Source: Archaeoglobus sp. JdFR-37 (GTDB lineage Archaea > Halobacteriota > Archaeoglobi > Archaeoglobales > Archaeoglobaceae). Taken from it: a stretch of DNA of 39,796 nucleotides. The DNA lies in contig MTMY01000039.1 of the NCBI GenBank assembly GCA_002010215.1, positions 1-39,796 on the forward strand. Direction: 5' to 3'. Shown here piece after piece: positions 26,565 through 38,636 of the stretch. Position 1 is the stretch's first letter. Every line of letters begins with the position of its first letter. Below the pieces are notes generated by a model. The model was not told where the DNA came from. It made no database searches and worked only from the letters and a program-made list of their open reading frames with translations. The translations under genes and the position numbers were made by a program.

Positions 26565-27290
26565 ATGGAAAGAGAGAGTACAATAATTGTTGAATCATTG
26601 AGTGTGGAAAAACCGGTTATACTGACAAGTTTTCCCGGAATAGGTCTTGTTGGGACCATTGTTACTGGGCACTTCATAATAGAGCTAGGGCTTGAGGCTG
26701 TTGGCGTCATCGAATCCCGCCTTCTCCCACCGGTAGCGACTCTCTTCGATGGACTTATTCTGCCACCAATCCGGGTTTATCAGAGCAACGAACACAATTT
26801 TGTTCTGATACATTCTGATGTTCCAATCTTACCGCAAATAGCATATGACGTGAGCCAGACTATAGTAGAGTGGGCAGCATCTATAAATGCATCCTTGCTA
26901 GTCTCTATAGCAGGCGTTACCACCTTCGAAGACAAAAAGAGGGTATTCGGTGCAGCCACATCCAGAGATTTGCTGGACAGAATTGAGAAAGTTGTGGAAA
27001 TCTTCAAAACCGGAACCATAAGTGGTATCGCTGGATCAATCCTGAATGAGTGCGTAGCAAGGAAATTCCCTGGAATAGCTCTGCTTGGTGAGACCATGGG
27101 ATTCAATCCCGACCCGAGAGCAGCGGCAGAGGTCATAAAGAAGATGAACGACATCTTTGAGTGGAATATAGGGGTCGATAAGCTGATACAGGAAGCAGAA
27201 TATATTGAGGCTCAGATGCAGAAGCTCGCAGAGCAGACGAGGATGCACGAGGAAAGAGGAAGAGGGGAAGAACTACCCATGTTCGGGTGA
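26565..27290 (+). CDS. Proteasome assembly chaperone family protein (PAC2/PbaA-B-like)
   Basis: FPGIGLVGTI, PPIRVY, G.ISGI.G, PDPRAA, L..EA..IE; C-terminal PMFG. Confidence 0.88.
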   Translation: MERESTIIVESLSVEKPVILTSFPGIGLVGTIVTGHFIIELGLEAVGVIESRLLPPVATLFDGLILPPIRVYQSNEHNFVLIHSDVPILPQIAYDVSQTIVEWAASINASLLVSIAGVTTFEDKKRVFGAATSRDLLDRIEKVVEIFKTGTISGIAGSILNECVARKFPGIALLGETMGFNPDPRAAAEVIKKMNDIFEWNIGVDKLIQEAEYIEAQMQKLAEQTRMHEERGRGEELPMFG

Positions 27291-27293
27291 TGG

Positions 27294-27695
27294 TTGGTGA
27301 TGCCTATGGAGTGCTATGTATTGACGGGTATAAATAGAAAGGTTCTGGAAGAGCTTGTAAGACGACACATACGCACTCTAGAAATAAGGAGTGCACACAA
27401 TGTTGCTACAGCTCTATCTGTTAATGTCGGGGAGTGCGTGTTCATCACACCAGCAAAACTTCACGACCTTGAAAGGGGTATCTGGGGACTGGTGGCTGAG
27501 GTAACTGGAAAGGAAGTCATGTCCCACTCAATAGTCTTCTCCACTGAAGGATACCTTGAAGAAAGTGAAATGACGGTGGTAAGGCTTAGACTCTCTCCCA
27601 GATGTATGGGGAGAGTAAAGAGGATTTACGGCTCAGGGATACTGGAAAAGACTGTAGCAGAGGTTGTGGAGCTGAGTCACTTCGATGCTAAATGA
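27294..27695 (+). CDS. DUF473 family protein
   Basis: LTGI...L...IRTLEIRSAHN...G..VFIT...DL..G..G. Confidence 0.75.
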   Translation: MVMPMECYVLTGINRKVLEELVRRHIRTLEIRSAHNVATALSVNVGECVFITPAKLHDLERGIWGLVAEVTGKEVMSHSIVFSTEGYLEESEMTVVRLRLSPRCMGRVKRIYGSGILEKTVAEVVELSHFDAK

Positions 27696-27745
27696 ATCTG
27701 GTAATTGAACTCTAATCGATAATCCTAGTCGATAACAATAATCAG

Positions 27746-30501
<2,756 letters not shown>

Positions 30502-30529
30502 TTAAATGTCCATCATAAAAGGCTTTTCT

Positions 30530-31438
30530 GTGAAGTGCAAGCTCTGCAACAGAAACGCTGTAATCTACCAGAGGCATTCAGGCAGACACCTCTGCAAACG
30601 CCACTTCATCGATGACATTTACAAGCGAGTCAAATATGCTGTAAGGAAATACAATATGATTGAGAGGGATGATAGGATAGCTGTTGCTTTAAGCGGAGGT
30701 AAGGATAGTGTAGCTCTCCTTCATATCCTAGTGAGTCTCTACGGACACAGGCGTGATCTAGAATTCGTGGCCATAACTGTGGATGAGGGGATTGCTGGAT
30801 ACAGGGAGGAGACGGTTGAAATTTCCAGGAGAATAACTTCCGAGCTGGATGTGGAACACATCATTGTGTCCTTCCGGGAACACTGTGGGCTGAGCCTTGA
30901 CGAGATGGTGAAGAAAGGAGACAAAAAACCATGTACGTATTGCGGTGTTCTTCGGAAGCATTTGCTAAACAAGGCGTCCAGAGAAGCTGGTGCAACAAAA
31001 CTTGCTACCGGACACAACCTTGACGACGAAACTCAGACCATACTCTTGAATTTCTTACAGGGGGATGTTGAGAGACTGGCAAGGTTGATTCCGCAGCGAA
31101 TACAGGAAGGGTTGATTCTGAGGATAAAGCCTTTGAGAGAAATCTATGAGAGGGAGGTGGTTACATATAACCTCTTGAATGATCTGCCTCTTGCCTTAGA
31201 TGAATGCCCCTACAGCCATTTTCCGGTCAGAGCAATGGTGAGGGACTTCATATATGAATTTGAAGAGAAATATCCTGGGAGAAAGTTCTCAATTATGAGA
31301 AGCTTTGAAAGACTCATCCCTTGCTTCAAGCATGAGTTCCCCCAAAAAGACCTTAACCGCTGCCAAATTTGTGGAGAGCCCTCTTCAAAGGAAATCTGCC
31401 AAGCCTGCAAATTGCTGGAGGAGATAAAAGGCCGGTAA
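30530..31438 (+). CDS. tRNA 2-thiouridine synthesis protein, TtuA/NcsA (TIGR00269) family
   Basis: CxxC...CxxH N-terminal Zn finger, PP-loop SGGKDS, CTYC, GHNLDD, CPY, C-terminal CxxC/CxxC. GTG 30530 lies ~25 nt after TTTAAATG. Confidence 0.9.
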   Translation: MKCKLCNRNAVIYQRHSGRHLCKRHFIDDIYKRVKYAVRKYNMIERDDRIAVALSGGKDSVALLHILVSLYGHRRDLEFVAITVDEGIAGYREETVEISRRITSELDVEHIIVSFREHCGLSLDEMVKKGDKKPCTYCGVLRKHLLNKASREAGATKLATGHNLDDETQTILLNFLQGDVERLARLIPQRIQEGLILRIKPLREIYEREVVTYNLLNDLPLALDECPYSHFPVRAMVRDFIYEFEEKYPGRKFSIMRSFERLIPCFKHEFPQKDLNRCQICGEPSSKEICQACKLLEEIKGR

Positions 31439-31443
31439 AGTTC

Positions 31444-32517
31444 TCAGGCACGAATTCTCTTAGGAAGGACGCTGAAAAGCCCGATGATTACAGCACCTGC
31501 TATGGAAGACAGGAAGTAAAACATAGCATCTTCGCTGGGGATTATGTTGTTTTCAATACCACTGAGGATGAAGATGCTACCTCCCCAGAGGACCAGACCT
31601 GATGAGATTATCAGGAAGGGTAGCGTTTTGTATCTGCCCATCGGCTTCCCTTCAACAAAGTGGTCTATTATCTTGCCTGCAACTGAAGTGAGAGAAGCAG
31701 CTACCATCCACCAAACACTGCCGTAAATGAAAGATACTACCAGCGGAATAACTCCTGGGGCAACGGGGGAATTATATAGCTTCCATAAAACATTGAATCC
31801 CTGTATCAGCCCAATGATGATCAGGATTGCTGAAATCACATAGGTTATAAATGAAACCCTGCCCTCATAAAGGGACTGACGCAGAGCATCGAAGTAATCT
31901 TCGAGAGCCCTCTCAAACCCGTAAGCTTTCAGGAGGAGGTAAATCCCCACAAAGAGGACGATTGCTCCACTCCCCCATCCGGGATAGCCAGCGAGGGTGA
32001 ATATGGAGTATATCAACAAGAAAACGCCGAGTGGTGCAAGTGTGGCTCTTGCAATCTTCGGATCGTCCATCATCCTCTTTATAAGGAAATATGTACTTTC
32101 TATGGTCTTGCTCTGCTTGACAACAACTCTTGAGACTCCATTGACAGAGAATCGGGAAGAAATTAAGGGTAGTATGAATTCATCCTCTGAACCGTCAGTA
32201 ACAACTATCGCCTTCTTGGCTCTCAGCTTTCTGGCTATGTAGTCAAGCTGCTCTGCTATCTTTGAATCCGAAACTACTCCTACTCTCTCATCTCCAGAGA
32301 TTGTTACAATCTCAACATTCTTGCCCTCAGCTTTGAGGCGATCATAGGTTTTGACAGCAGCAAAGATGGTGTTAACGTCTGAGTCCTCTGGATCTTCCAG
32401 AGCAAGCTTTGTTGCGGCCTCAAGGTTTCGCTCCCTACCTATAACAGGTGTCGCAATCCCGGCTTTCCTCCCAATGTCGTCATCCCTGTCAACAGCCAGA
32501 ACAACTAATTCAACCAC
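31444..32517 (-). CDS. DUF373 family membrane protein
   Basis: VDRDDDIG.KAG..TPVIGR, DPEDSDVN, VTDGSEDE, VVKQS..IESTY; C-terminal TM helices. Confidence 0.88.
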   Translation of the reverse strand: MVELVVLAVDRDDDIGRKAGIATPVIGRERNLEAATKLALEDPEDSDVNTIFAAVKTYDRLKAEGKNVEIVTISGDERVGVVSDSKIAEQLDYIARKLRAKKAIVVTDGSEDEFILPLISSRFSVNGVSRVVVKQSKTIESTYFLIKRMMDDPKIARATLAPLGVFLLIYSIFTLAGYPGWGSGAIVLFVGIYLLLKAYGFERALEDYFDALRQSLYEGRVSFITYVISAILIIIGLIQGFNVLWKLYNSPVAPGVIPLVVSFIYGSVWWMVAASLTSVAGKIIDHFVEGKPMGRYKTLPFLIISSGLVLWGGSIFILSGIENNIIPSEDAMFYFLSSIAGAVIIGLFSVLPKRIRA

Positions 32518-32587
32518 AATTCTAATAGCCAGAGAATATATATAAAGGTTTACCAGAGAAACTGTTTTATTTCTTCAGATTCCCGGC

Positions 32588-32986
32588 TTGGGTATGGATA
32601 TAATTTATATCGGGCCAGTGATGCTTGACAAGCCAGAAGAGTTCAGCATCGATGAATTTGTCAGGCAGGCAATAGCAATGGAAGCTGAAAGGCTTTTTTA
32701 TTCAAATGGCAGGCTTTATCTGGTGGATTATGAAACGCTGCATGGAGTAATAGATTCGAAATTTGCAGTTGTTGAGTTGATAAGTTACGCAAGTTTCTGC
32801 TCTGTTGGAAACTTCAGGAACTGGATTCTTTATCATGGAAACGATGACGTGGTGGAATATGCTGAGAGGATAAGAGATATAAGGGGAGATACTACGGTCT
32901 TACCGGTAATCAGAACGGCTGATCGGTTTATAAGGAAGATTGAAGAGTATATTGAGAAGGGGGAATACAAGTCATTCGTGGATTGA
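32588..32986 (+). CDS. Hypothetical protein
   Basis: 132-aa ORF with typical codon usage; GTGA overlap with sfsA; start may be ATG 32594. Confidence 0.7.
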   Translation: MGMDIIYIGPVMLDKPEEFSIDEFVRQAIAMEAERLFYSNGRLYLVDYETLHGVIDSKFAVVELISYASFCSVGNFRNWILYHGNDDVVEYAERIRDIRGDTTVLPVIRTADRFIRKIEEYIEKGEYKSFVD

Positions 32987-33675
32987 ATTTTTTGAAGCTT
33001 CAAAATCTTGATGGGGCTTGTTTCGTCAGACGCCTTAACAGATTTCTTGTTGAGGTTAAACTTGGTGTAAGGAATCAAAAAGTTCTCGCCCACCTTCGAG
33101 ATCCTGGCAGGCTCAGAGAGCTTCTTGTGCCAGGAGCAGAGATTCTCGTAAGAAGTGTTGAAGGTGAGAGGAGAAAGACCTCTTTCGAAGTGATTGCCGT
33201 CAAAACCGGCAAAGTTTGGGTTCTGGTAAATTCCGGTTTGCATCCTGATCTCGGAGAAATTGCTCTCAATGCAATGGGTTGCAGAATCATCAGAAGAGAG
33301 TTCAGAGCAGCAAACAGCAGATTTGATTTTCTTTGTGAGTGTGAAGGGGCAAGAGAGACGGTAGTTGAGACAAAGGGTTGCACACTCGTTGATAATGGAA
33401 CAGCCTACTTTCCCGATGCTCCAACTGAAAGAGGAGTCAGACACCTGAAAGAGCTAGCCAAGCTGGGGGGATACGGCAGGCTCGTTCTTTTCCTTGTTGT
33501 CAGAGAAGATGCTGTAAAGCTCAGGCCTAACAGGAAGATGGATGAGAGGTTTGGCAGAGCTTTTGATGAAGCTGTTGACAGCGGTGTGGAGATGGGGGCT
33601 GCAAGGTTCGGGCTGAGGTACAGTGACGGAGAACTCAGCATGGAGCTCTTAGACTTCATACCAGTCGAAAGATGA
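32983..33675 (+). CDS. sfsA: SfsA family DNA/RNA nuclease (sugar fermentation stimulation protein)
   Basis: RLNRF, HL.DPGRL.EL, SRFDF, VETKGCTL, FPDAPTERG..HL.EL. Confidence 0.93.
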   Translation: MNFLKLQNLDGACFVRRLNRFLVEVKLGVRNQKVLAHLRDPGRLRELLVPGAEILVRSVEGERRKTSFEVIAVKTGKVWVLVNSGLHPDLGEIALNAMGCRIIRREFRAANSRFDFLCECEGARETVVETKGCTLVDNGTAYFPDAPTERGVRHLKELAKLGGYGRLVLFLVVREDAVKLRPNRKMDERFGRAFDEAVDSGVEMGAARFGLRYSDGELSMELLDFIPVER

Positions 33676-34217
33676 TTACTGGAACCATGAGGGAGCCCAT
33701 GCATAGTATTCTCCTTATTCTAAAAAACTGAGAAAACTCTTGCGAATATGAGTGTCAGAAGAGCAGCAATTATGCCTGTTAGCAGCACGATAGATGTGGC
33801 TTCTACTATTCCGGGCATATAACCAGTGCTCTTAACAGCATCTGCTGCACCACTATTCTGTAATCCATGAACTTCAGCACAATTGCAGCAGGATAAACGA
33901 TCATCAGGCGCATGAAGCTGAAGAGGGCTGAAAGAAATGCAACCTCAATTCCTCTCTCATCAAGAACCATTTCATGAGCTGGTAATATTGCCACAGCCAT
34001 GTCCTCATCGGGCACGCCGATGAAAGCAGATGGAAGTGTGTCAAGGAACGTATGAGTTATTGCTGAGGGAGATAAATACCACAGCCAATTTTTCGTTGCT
34101 GAAGGGTAACATTGCAGAAATGGATAGAAGAAGGGCAACCAGAGTGTTTGAGTGAATGCCCGGTGTCAATCCACTAACTGTGCCTAGGAGAACCCCGAAA
34201 AGCAGGACCTCAAGCAT
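33675..34217 (-). pseudogene. Degenerate archaeal TctA-like (tripartite tricarboxylate transporter permease) membrane protein
   Basis: ATG 34217 MLEVLLFGVLLGTVSGLTPGIHSNT; +1 frameshift at ~34066-34070 into SAITHTFLDTLPSAFIGVPDEDMAVAILPAHEMV; stops follow and the locus is far shorter than a full TctA. Confidence 0.75.
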
Positions 34218-34886
34218 TTATTTCCACGTAAGATCCGTCAGCCTCATCAGTCCTTTGACTCTTTCAACATCTTCTCCAATTATTCTGGCGATTTCCTCTG
34301 GATCAGATATTCCGGTTCTTCTTGAGAATGTAGCAATGAAATCCTCTGCTACATCATCGTCATCCAAGTCCCACATGCCTGAAAATAGGGGGTGGAAGTC
34401 GTAGAGGAAGTCAGTAACCTTCTCAAAATTTTCACCTTCTAAGAGATCTCTTACGTAGTCTTCATCATCAAAGAACATGCAATCTCTGAGGATCTTTGAA
34501 ACTGCATCTCTTAGGGATTTCGCATCATATTTTCTGTACCTAGGCGAGTATTTTCGGATAATATTATCCATGTCTGTTGGAGAGTAGCTGAAAATTCTTT
34601 GCCTCCCACTCTTATCCCTGGTTATCTCTACAAGAACATTGTATGTTGTAGGATCTATTGGCGCTATCCTCGTTTTACCTGCTGCAGTAAGGCGAACAGA
34701 GTAATAGTTAATCCCTTCTCTTTCGAACTTCCTGATATCTTTTTTCACCAGATTCTCCAGTTCCTCTGTTGTTGCAAGAGCTGACAAAATAAGTCTGATC
34801 AGAGCGTGTTCTTCCGGGACTTTTCTTGATAACACTGCTATCTGTTGTATATCCTCCTCTAGCTGGATGAAATCTTTGAATCCCAT
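34218..34886 (-). CDS. Hypothetical protein with degenerate tyrosine-recombinase catalytic fold and acidic/HTH-like C-terminus
   Basis: HALIRLILSALATTEELENLVKKDI, GKTRIAPID, IIRKY, AKSLRDA and VRDLLEG are colinear with Xer boxes; likely start ATG 34886. Confidence 0.6.
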   Translation of the reverse strand: MGFKDFIQLEEDIQQIAVLSRKVPEEHALIRLILSALATTEELENLVKKDIRKFEREGINYYSVRLTAAGKTRIAPIDPTTYNVLVEITRDKSGRQRIFSYSPTDMDNIIRKYSPRYRKYDAKSLRDAVSKILRDCMFFDDEDYVRDLLEGENFEKVTDFLYDFHPLFSGMWDLDDDDVAEDFIATFSRRTGISDPEEIARIIGEDVERVKGLMRLTDLTWK

Positions 34887-34924
34887 CGGAAGGTTTTTGT
34901 GAAATCGGGTATTTAAGAAATGCG

Positions 34925-35248
34925 ATGGGAGCATATGAGGATTCGAAGCTCAAGCACCCTGCCCTGATTCAGTTCAGAGGTCATTTCGACAGAAAGCGTG
35001 TTGAATCAATGCTTTCAAAACAGACCGGGAACTACGAGGTTGAGATGTCTGAACACGGCTTAGATGTTTATTTTGAAGATGTCAACGATGCAAGATTTTT
35101 TATATCGAAGCTCAAAAAGAATATGAGGTTCAAACAGAAATTGAGTATTAACTATGCGGGATTGCGAAAAGGACGTGTGAGAAAATTTTTTGTTTACAGT
35201 TTGAGGTTTGATGATGAAGCTGGAGGAATATTACGCACTGAGAAGTGA
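34925..35248 (+). CDS. Small NMD3-related protein (stand-alone C-terminal domain, no Zn fingers)
   Basis: ALIQFRG...GLDVYF...AR...K...G...GR...YSLR resembles the archaeal NMD3 C-terminal part. Confidence 0.6.
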   Translation: MGAYEDSKLKHPALIQFRGHFDRKRVESMLSKQTGNYEVEMSEHGLDVYFEDVNDARFFISKLKKNMRFKQKLSINYAGLRKGRVRKFFVYSLRFDDEAGGILRTEK

Positions 35249-36242
35249 ACTCAGAGATTTGAGGGATCTCAGGAGATTTAAGTACCCTCGCGGGATGCTT
35301 TTTACAGTTTTAGCCCAGAAAAAAGTTGATATAGTCAAATATAACTTCCACAACGTTGCTGAAAGGCTTGAAGAGCTTAAGGACTACTGGGAACGCTACA
35401 AAAAATTTCCACCATGGGCAAGGCTGATGCCGGTAATGAGGGTCCATCTTCTTTTGAGAGCTCTGGGCTACACAAAAAAGGCAGTGGCTAGAGCCATAAA
35501 GAATCCAGATACAATCGGAGAGGAAGAACTGAGGCGTGTAGCCTGGAATGCAGTACTGAAAGATTATGTTTACTCGCCTATAGCAGTCAGGCACCAGTTT
35601 GCAAGAGGAAGGCTTGGTGAGAGAATAATAAGAGAATGGCTTGAGGAAAAAGGAATAGAATACGAAGATGAAAAAGCTCTCAGGAGCAAATACGGCAAGA
35701 CACCTGATTTTCTACTCTCTGAACCTGTAGAAATAAACGGAAGTGAACTGTACTGGATAGAGAGTAAGGCATTGTTTGGAGACCCTAAAACCCACAGATT
35801 CTATACTAAGAAGCAGTACAAAGCTTATCTCGAGCTTTTTGACCATGGAGGCGTGGTGTACTGGTTTGGCCATGTGTCTGAATTGAGTGAGGATTTTGAG
35901 ATATTCTCAGGAGAGCTATTCAGCTCCAAACACCTATGGAGTCTCAGAGACATGATTGTTTACACAACCGCTGATGAAAATGAGGCAGAGAGGCTAGCTA
36001 AGAAGACTGATGGAGTTATTGTGGATATATCGGGGAATGAGCAATTTGAAATTGTAATTCCAGAATTACATCCAGAAAAGAGCATCAGTGGAGAATTCGT
36101 TGAAGGGATGTGTAAATTAGTTGATCAGTATTCTTATGGAAGGCTGATAATTTTTGGAGATGAAAAAGACTGGAAAAAGTGTCACAGATCCCAGGTTGGA
36201 AGAATTCTGAAAAATATGGGGTTCGAAGTGTTTCATCTCTGA
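35211..36242 (+). CDS. C15orf41/CDIN1-like (TPD domain) PD-(D/E)XK nuclease family protein
   Basis: G..GE...WL, E..LR..YGKTPDFLL..P, YWIESKALFGD, QY..Y...F..G.VVYWFG. Confidence 0.8.
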   Translation: MMKLEEYYALRSELRDLRDLRRFKYPRGMLFTVLAQKKVDIVKYNFHNVAERLEELKDYWERYKKFPPWARLMPVMRVHLLLRALGYTKKAVARAIKNPDTIGEEELRRVAWNAVLKDYVYSPIAVRHQFARGRLGERIIREWLEEKGIEYEDEKALRSKYGKTPDFLLSEPVEINGSELYWIESKALFGDPKTHRFYTKKQYKAYLELFDHGGVVYWFGHVSELSEDFEIFSGELFSSKHLWSLRDMIVYTTADENEAERLAKKTDGVIVDISGNEQFEIVIPELHPEKSISGEFVEGMCKLVDQYSYGRLIIFGDEKDWKKCHRSQVGRILKNMGFEVFHL

Positions 36243-36243
36243 T

Positions 36244-37200
36244 TTAACTCCTGATTATGCTAGATGCGACCTTCAGCAATTCCTCTTTGTCTAAGTCGCT
36301 CATCACAGTTACAGTTTTGTCTCCCAAGGGGAACACGAGGATTCTGTAGATTTGAAGATCAGCATAGACTCCATCAATCCCGTTAATGGTTACATTTTCG
36401 CCTTTAGGTAATTTGCCACTTGTGCTTACTTTCACCAGAATCCCTGTACTTTCATTGTAAAATAACAGCTCAACATCCGTATCAAATCCAGACTTGATAA
36501 CCCTCAACTGCAGACTGTAGTTCTCTAGCGGGATGTAGGATGGTTCTGGAATCTCAAAACCTGCATATTGCGATGCAGACGCCGTATCGTTGAACGTCTC
36601 TATCTCGGTTGTCAAATCAGAGGCTTTGAGAACATCATATCCTGCAGGATTGAATTCAAAGGTGTCTTTTGAAAGCTCAACCTCCCGAATATCGTAAAGG
36701 ACTCTGAAAAGGGATGTACCGTTCATGTAGTAGCCTATGGAAGTCGGGAACATGTCATCAGAGAACTCTATCTCCAGTGTTATACCTGATTCCAGCTCTG
36801 TACTCAAAACATTATCGGAAGCTTTCGAGAACGTGTAATTTGACTGTAACGTCTTCAGAATTTCGCCATAGTCATATACGGGCATAGACACTTCTTCTTT
36901 ACTGCCATAAACTGCTTGCATTTTTTTGGTATCCACAACCCATGCTGTGGAGCCATTATAGTAATAGATACCTCCTGAAATCTCCTCAGGCTCAAGATAT
37001 TCAACTTTAGTTAAGTCAGGTTTCATGAAACTCAGTCTGACACTGAAATTTTGGCCTCTTACAAAATCCTGAATTTTAACATTTGCTTCGTAAGATTTCA
37101 AGTTGTCGTATTTTTGCAATGCTTTCTGCATCAGGTCTTCGTCCTGTGCACAGCCCAAAAAAAGGACTGAAAGCGTGAGAATCACCAGCATCTTTTTCAA
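36244..37200 (-). CDS. Putative lipoprotein with LolA-like and DUF4367-like domains
   Basis: Lipobox LFLGC; FMKPD...EY..P, NGST.W, FEF.P, AGF.IP.PSYIP, V.INGI.G, KEELLKVASSI. Confidence 0.75.
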   Translation of the reverse strand: MKKMLVILTLSVLFLGCAQDEDLMQKALQKYDNLKSYEANVKIQDFVRGQNFSVRLSFMKPDLTKVEYLEPEEISGGIYYYNGSTAWVVDTKKMQAVYGSKEEVSMPVYDYGEILKTLQSNYTFSKASDNVLSTELESGITLEIEFSDDMFPTSIGYYMNGTSLFRVLYDIREVELSKDTFEFNPAGYDVLKASDLTTEIETFNDTASASQYAGFEIPEPSYIPLENYSLQLRVIKSGFDTDVELLFYNESTGILVKVSTSGKLPKGENVTINGIDGVYADLQIYRILVFPLGDKTVTVMSDLDKEELLKVASSIIRS

Positions 37201-37245
37201 ACTACCACCATACTTCTCTTTTGGCCTAAGAAATAAAAATTTTTG

Positions 37246-38088
37246 CTACCTTTCCGATTTTTGCGGCGTAGGAACGAACTCGACTCCCGGATGCCTCTGC
37301 ATGAGAGGTTGAGGATACATCTCCATCAGCTCGTAAACTTCCTCAGGCATTTCTGTTGATACTTTGAGGCCCAGTTCTTGGGCGATGTCAACGGTAATAG
37401 GGTAGTCGTGGGTCCATCTACCTTCTGTAAGCACTCTAGAAACCTCTTCTGCTCTCCCTTCACCCATTTTATCTTTCAACAGCTCAAATACGAAAGATTT
37501 CACTTGATTTATAGCTTTCTCTGCGATATCTGCCATTATTAGAGTTTCATCATCGACATCCTTCGGATCTTTCTTTTTGACTGCATTCAAAATTGATGGC
37601 GCTGGAAAGTTCATGAGTTGTGGATCAACGGGGCCGAGAACAGCATGGGGGTCCATTATTATTTCATCGGCTGCTAGGGCTATAAGAGTCCCACCACTCA
37701 TGGCGTAATGGGGCACTATTACTGTAGTCTTTGCAGGATGGTCTTTGAGGGCTTTTGCAATCTGCGAAGCAGCTAGAACTAGCCCACCAGGAGTGTGAAG
37801 AATCAAGTCTATTGGTTTATCTTTGGGAGTCATCCTTATAGCCCTCAAAACCTGCTCGGAGTCATCAACAGTGATGAAACGATAAAAGGGAATGCCAAAC
37901 AGTCCAATACTCTCCTGCCTGTGTATCATGGAAATGACGTTGCTGCCCCTCTTTTCACCGAGTCTCTTCATCAGAGTTCTTCTTGCAGCCTGAAGCTGCC
38001 TGTACTGTATCTGGGGCCCTAGCAAGAGGTAGAATAGAAGCAACCACCAGATGAGGCTTCCAAAGAAACCAAAAGGGTCGCCATTCAT
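37246..38088 (-). CDS. ClpP-class (SDH family) serine protease with N-terminal membrane anchor
   Basis: IHRQE, LILHTPGGLV, PHYAMSGGTLIALAADEI, LGPVDPQ, WTHDYPI. Confidence 0.9.
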   Translation of the reverse strand: MNGDPFGFFGSLIWWLLLFYLLLGPQIQYRQLQAARRTLMKRLGEKRGSNVISMIHRQESIGLFGIPFYRFITVDDSEQVLRAIRMTPKDKPIDLILHTPGGLVLAASQIAKALKDHPAKTTVIVPHYAMSGGTLIALAADEIIMDPHAVLGPVDPQLMNFPAPSILNAVKKKDPKDVDDETLIMADIAEKAINQVKSFVFELLKDKMGEGRAEEVSRVLTEGRWTHDYPITVDIAQELGLKVSTEMPEEVYELMEMYPQPLMQRHPGVEFVPTPQKSER

Positions 38089-38219
38089 GGTTTAATAAAG
38101 AGCATTAAAATTTATTTAACTTTCTGTTGCTGCTGTCCTCTTGCGAAAGCGAGGAGATGTAGCAGAGGATACAGCAGAGGGGCAGGAGGTAAATTTTATA
38201 TAGTTTTAGCAAAAAAACT

Positions 38220-38636
38220 ATGAAATACAAACTTGATAGAGGTTCTCATTCAGTATATTCGCTCCACTATCACCTCATCTTCGTAGTAAAATATCGCAGG
38301 AAAGTTTTTACAAGCAATGAAATCATAGACTTCCTCAAACAGAAAATTCGTGAAATATCTGAATCGTTTGAAGTTGAAATACTTGCCATAGAATGTGATG
38401 CAGACCATGTTCACATTCTCTTCAAAGCGAAACCAACTCTAAACATACCGAAGTACATCAACGCTCTGAAAACTATAACCTCACGGGAAATCAGAAGAAA
38501 TTTTCCAGAAGTGAAGAAAAAGCTGTGGAAGAACGTTTTCTGGTCTCCATCCTACTTCCTCGCAACGACTGGACAGGTAACGCTTGATGTTCTGAAGAGG
38601 TATGTGGAATCGCAGGGTGAAAGCGGTGCTGATTAG
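38220..38636 (+). CDS. tnpA: IS200/IS605 transposase TnpA (intact)
   Basis: YHLIFVVKYR, DHVH (HUH), LK..TSR, FWSPSYF, YVESQ catalytic Tyr; TTTTATATA ~25 nt upstream. Confidence 0.95.
   Translation: MKYKLDRGSHSVYSLHYHLIFVVKYRRKVFTSNEIIDFLKQKIREISESFEVEILAIECDADHVHILFKAKPTLNIPKYINALKTITSREIRRNFPEVKKKLWKNVFWSPSYFLATTGQVTLDVLKRYVESQGESGAD

Noticed and set aside
27696..27745. TCGATAA repeated twice between convergent genes
   Set aside because: Too short, with no C/D boxes or stable hairpin; likely chance.
32833..33444. 203-aa minus-strand ORF, and the many other short antisense ORFs in the track
   Set aside because: They are shadow ORFs lying opposite well-supported genes (sfsA etc.) with no recognisable motifs.
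34218..34934. Active integrase marking a provirus or integrated element
   Set aside because: Catalytic Arg and His residues are missing, there is no tRNA/att repeat, and no viral genes are nearby.
38111..38140. TTTAA as the left cleavage site/TAM of the second IS
   Set aside because: No complementary guide tetranucleotide at the hairpin foot, so the exact left end cannot be assigned.
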